Shown here: one piece after another, positions 42,981 to 46,219 of the stretch
How positions within the stretch are numbered: position 1 is the first letter of the stretch
Layout: each line of letters starts with the position of its first letter
Source of the DNA: a virus
Taxonomy: Duplodnaviria; Heunggongvirae; Uroviricota; Caudoviricetes
DNA length: 46,219 bases
IMG/VR virus record: IMGVR_UViG_2706794662_000004
Strand: one strand, 5' to 3'
Made by a program: the position numbers and the translations under genes
The notes under the pieces: generated by a model
The model's database searches: none
The model's input: the letters and a program-made list of their open reading frames with translations, nothing else
Told to the model about the DNA's origin: nothing

Positions 42981-43555
42981 TGGCATTCAGAATGAGTGAA
43001 CAACCACGGACCATAAAAATTTATAATCTGCTGGCCGGAACTAATGAATTTATTGGTGAAGGTAACGCATATATTCCGCCTCATACAGGTCTGCCAGCAA
43101 ACAGTACCGATATTGCACCACCAGATATTCCTGCTGGCTTTGTGGCTGTTTTCAACAGTGATGAGGCATCGTGGCATCTCGTTGAAGATCATCGGGGTAA
43201 AACGGTTTATGACGTGGCTTCCGGCGACGCGTTATTTATTTCTGAACTCGGTCCGTTACCGAAAAATGTTACCTGGTTATCGCCGGAAGGGGAGTTTCAG
43301 AAGTGGAACGGCACAGCCTGGGTGAAGGATACGGAAGCAGAAAAACTGTTCCGGATCCGGGAGGCGGAAGAAACAAAAAACAACCTGATGCAGGTAGCCA
43401 GTGAGCATATTGCGCCGCTTCAGGATGCTGTAGATCTGGAAATCGCAACAGAGGAAGAAACCTCGTTGCTGGAAGCTTGGAAAAAGTATCGGGTGTTGCT
43501 GAACCGTGTTGATACATCACTATCTCCAGATATCGAGTGGCCAAGTCAACCATAA
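42980..43555 (+). CDS. tfa: Tail fibre assembly protein Tfa
   Basis: [28 protein letters not shown] matches recalled lambda Tfa. Confidence 0.85.
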   Translation: MAFRMSEQPRTIKIYNLLAGTNEFIGEGNAYIPPHTGLPANSTDIAPPDIPAGFVAVFNSDEASWHLVEDHRGKTVYDVASGDALFISELGPLPKNVTWLSPEGEFQKWNGTAWVKDTEAEKLFRIREAEETKNNLMQVASEHIAPLQDAVDLEIATEEETSLLEAWKKYRVLLNRVDTSLSPDIEWPSQP

Positions 43556-43560
43556 ATCAA

Positions 43561-43583
43561 TATCCCCTGCAATGCAGGGGATA
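43561..43583. terminator. Bidirectional hairpin between tfa (+) and sopB (-)
   Basis: tatcccctgcaatgcaggggata perfect hairpin between convergent genes. Confidence 0.45.
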
Positions 43584-43587
43584 GTTC

Positions 43588-44553
43588 TTAATTATCAGTA
43601 GATTGTTCCTCTAGTAACAACTCAATTCTGCTTAGTATTTCTTTAGATATTTTGCGGCTATCAATTTTTATAGTTACAAAATTACCTTTATATCTAGCCG
43701 TGATCCCTTCCCCATATTTTTTCTCGTCTTTTGTTTTTTCCTCGTCGCCAACCAGAACAGAGTCAGATAATATTTGTATAATCCGTGAAGCTTCTAAATC
43801 CTCGCCGTTTTTTTTAATTACTAGAAGATGATGAGCAGCATTGCTCATGGCAGCCATGTTTTTTTTGTAAACCTTAAACAAAGAATCTCCAGCACGAGCT
43901 GACAGTTCTCCTGGATGATTGAAGATAGCTAATATATCTTTTGGTAGACCAGCTGTATTAATACAGCGAGTGATAATATTTCTATCTATATTTTCAGCCT
44001 CGGCTAATGCTTTAACGTTACCATCAAAGTCATTTAGCTTGCGTAAGTATCTCTTTCCTCTTTCGTATGCACTAATAGGTCTATAATCGTTACCAATTTG
44101 GGATAACCAATGCATCTGTTCATCGTCGAGATCACCAATTAAGACGCGATAGTCACATCCTGTTAATATCGCTGCTTTTCTTCTACGTGAGCCGTCAGCG
44201 ACTTCAACGATTCCAGATACTTTTCTGGCGAAAGCTGGATTTTGTTGTCCAGACGTTAGAAAAGATGGGATTAAATCGGCTAGAGAGGATTCATTTAATA
44301 AATCTTGATCGCGTTCATTACCTAGCCATACCATTGTTGCCATTTCAACTTTATCTGCGGGAATTGTCTCTAACTTAAAGTTAACATTACGTCCGCATAC
44401 TGGCAAAGTTATGCTGTTACCGGTTAATGAACTCAGTTGACGTTTTAAATCACCAACCATAGGTGATACGGGCTGATGTTCAGGGGCATGATGATTATTA
44501 CTCATAATGCGATTAATATCTGGAGCATTTTTTAGAAGAGAGCGCTGTTTCAT
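43588..44553 (-). CDS. sopB: Partition protein SopB (ParB family)
   Basis: 321-aa ORF immediately downstream of and overlapping sopA; ParB-like features. Confidence 0.75.
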   Translation of the reverse strand: MKQRSLLKNAPDINRIMSNNHHAPEHQPVSPMVGDLKRQLSSLTGNSITLPVCGRNVNFKLETIPADKVEMATMVWLGNERDQDLLNESSLADLIPSFLTSGQQNPAFARKVSGIVEVADGSRRRKAAILTGCDYRVLIGDLDDEQMHWLSQIGNDYRPISAYERGKRYLRKLNDFDGNVKALAEAENIDRNIITRCINTAGLPKDILAIFNHPGELSARAGDSLFKVYKKNMAAMSNAAHHLLVIKKNGEDLEASRIIQILSDSVLVGDEEKTKDEKKYGEGITARYKGNFVTIKIDSRKISKEILSRIELLLEEQSTDN

Positions 44554-45719
44554 TATTCGTTCTCCCAGCGAGGTTTTATTAGATCATCAAAAATTTCTCG
44601 GCAAACAGGGTCCCATATAGAAACAGCATTTCTCCATGCATTCAATGTTGAACGTTGGTTTGCTGCTTGTTCAAATACTGTTCTCATTTTTATCTGGCCT
44701 TTACCTACTTCATCGGTAACGCGTACAACCTGACGTAATACCATTGATCCCCATGTATTTCTTATTTGTTCTTCCATCCATCGTGATTGATTCCCTGTAG
44801 TGAGACTATATTTAGTCAGAAGTAAGCGAACGGTTGGCTCAAATCCACCTAGGTCAACGCTTTCCAATAGATCGAGAAGCATTGTGAAAAACTGTAGAAC
44901 AGAAGCGTAATCAAATAATTCTGCAGGTGTAGCAACAACAATAACGTCAGCGGCACAAACAACGTTAATGGTTCCTGTACCGAGGTTCGGAGCACTATCT
45001 ATAACGATAACATCGTAGTTATCCCAAACTGATTCAATAGCTGCGCGCAGCATAAGGTGTGGAGGATGAGGCAATTTACCCTGAGCATGATATTGCATGA
45101 GATCTGTTTCTATACGATGTAAGGCTAGGCAGCTAGGGATAATGTCTAGCCCAGGCCAACATGTTGGCTTTATAGCATATTCAGCGTTATCGCGTTCTCC
45201 TAAGTAAAATGGCAGTAAAGTATCCTCGGCATGGATATGTAAATCAGGAACATAACCGTGATACATAGAGGCCGTGCCTTGAGGATCGTTACCTTCAACC
45301 AAAAGAACACGATGACCTTGTAATGCTAACCATTGAGCTTGATGTACCGCAGACGATGTTTTATAAACGCCGCCTTTGTGTGACATAACGGCAAGCACAA
45401 CAGGGTTTTTATCTTGTGGTCGTTGGTTTGGGTTGCCAAAAACTGCTCGCATACTGTTGATTTGATCTATGGTATAACCAGCACGACGTTCAATTCTTCC
45501 TCTCATTTCAAAGTCAGGTGCAGGTAAACGCCCGCTCTTCTCAGCATCTCTAATTGCTTGAGGAGTTACACCAATTAAATCTGCTACTTCAGTTATACCC
45601 CATCGGCGGGTGATACGCCGAGCTTCAGGACTATCATCACCGAATTGAGCGATAGCAATTGCTTGGGTCATTTCTTGACCTCTCGTAACACAATCTTGCA
45701 ATAACTTTTTCAAAGACAT
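44553..45719 (-). CDS. sopA: Partition ATPase SopA (ParA family)
   Basis: 388-aa ORF with Walker A KGGVYKTS and N-terminal HTH; extensive identity to F SopA as I recall it. Confidence 0.9.
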   Translation of the reverse strand: MSLKKLLQDCVTRGQEMTQAIAIAQFGDDSPEARRITRRWGITEVADLIGVTPQAIRDAEKSGRLPAPDFEMRGRIERRAGYTIDQINSMRAVFGNPNQRPQDKNPVVLAVMSHKGGVYKTSSAVHQAQWLALQGHRVLLVEGNDPQGTASMYHGYVPDLHIHAEDTLLPFYLGERDNAEYAIKPTCWPGLDIIPSCLALHRIETDLMQYHAQGKLPHPPHLMLRAAIESVWDNYDVIVIDSAPNLGTGTINVVCAADVIVVATPAELFDYASVLQFFTMLLDLLESVDLGGFEPTVRLLLTKYSLTTGNQSRWMEEQIRNTWGSMVLRQVVRVTDEVGKGQIKMRTVFEQAANQRSTLNAWRNAVSIWDPVCREIFDDLIKPRWENE

Positions 45720-45739
45720 ACTGTCATCTCCAGCTTGTA

Positions 45740-45822
45740 ACTTTGCTTAATAATTAAATCTTTGCTTATTTCTAGCAAATTTGCATGAAAAAGGCAAAGC
45801 AAAACGAAAAACGCAAAGGCGA
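45740..45822. promoter_or_regulatory. sopAB promoter/operator region with repeated CTTTGC / GCAAAG motifs
   Basis: Five copies of ctttgc or its complement within about 80 bp directly upstream of sopA. Confidence 0.35.
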
Positions 45823-45994
45823 ATATTTGAGCTAAATCATCTTTTTTTCCCCTCCCGAAATGCATAAAACGAACAACAATATAATCATAACTAATTGATA
45901 TTTATTACCTTTCTTAAGAAAGGAAATCATATAAAACTAGAGAAACATGATAAGAATCATCAATGAGATACGTTTTCTCTATTAGTTCTCCCAA

Positions 45995-46132
45995 CCTTAC
46001 AAATATAAGAACACAAATACAGAACATAAAAACCAAGTAATAACACAAACACAATAAAGAACACAAATAAAGAATTAAAACAAATGTTAAACAAAACAGT
46101 ACGCAAACTGAGAACATTACATTAAATAAGAA
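45995..46132. repeat. Cluster of AGAACA(C/T)-type direct repeats next to the right telomere
   Basis: At least six copies of agaaca within about 140 bp; the left telomere-proximal region (110-160) carries the complementary tgttct motif. Confidence 0.4.
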
Positions 46133-46218
46133 CACTAATTAAGAACATAACGAAACATAATTCCCCATTATACGCGCGTATAATGGGGAATTATGTTTCG
46201 TTATGTTCTTAATTAGTG
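46133..46218. repeat. Right telomere palindrome (hairpin telR read through the turn); centre at 46175/46176
   Basis: 86-bp perfect palindrome sharing the same 40-bp core as the left end but with different outer arms. Confidence 0.7.
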
Positions 46219-46219
46219 T

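Overview
This window appears to be a complete N15-like linear plasmid-prophage of an enterobacterium (about 46.2 kb), written from one hairpin telomere to the other. Both ends are long perfect palindromes sharing a 40-bp core (cataattccccattatacgcgcgtataatggggaattatg), as expected for covalently closed telomeres read through the hairpin turn. The left arm carries the protelomerase gene telN, a degraded antisense-RNA immunity locus (Icd-like gene, truncated BRO-N antirepressor fragment, candidate c4-like small RNA), a minus-strand cargo operon downstream of the giant primase-helicase repA, and the primary immunity region (CI/LexA-like repressor cB, operators, cro, Q-like gene). After that come early genes of unknown function, a LexA-box-controlled small gene (candidate SOS antirepressor), a HigB/HigA-like toxin-antitoxin pair, an adenine methyltransferase and a lysis cassette (holin, SAR endolysin, Rz with embedded Rz1). 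The right two thirds is a lambda-like packaging/head/tail module (cos, Nu1, A, W, B, C, D, E, FI, FII, Z, U, V, G/G-T, H, M, L, K, I, J, lom, stf, tfa), ending with sopBA partition genes beside the right telomere. The most interesting unexplained structures are a 16-bp perfect palindrome TGCGACC(RY)GGTCGCA present five times (candidate dispersed SopB centromere sites), and a roughly 174-bp noncoding element present in two diverged copies that bracket an AT-rich two-gene cassette (unknown 286-aa protein plus a two-helix membrane protein) between the lysis genes and cos; this cassette is my best candidate for an undescribed accessory or defence system. All protein identifications come from reading translations and recalled family hallmarks; no database search was run.
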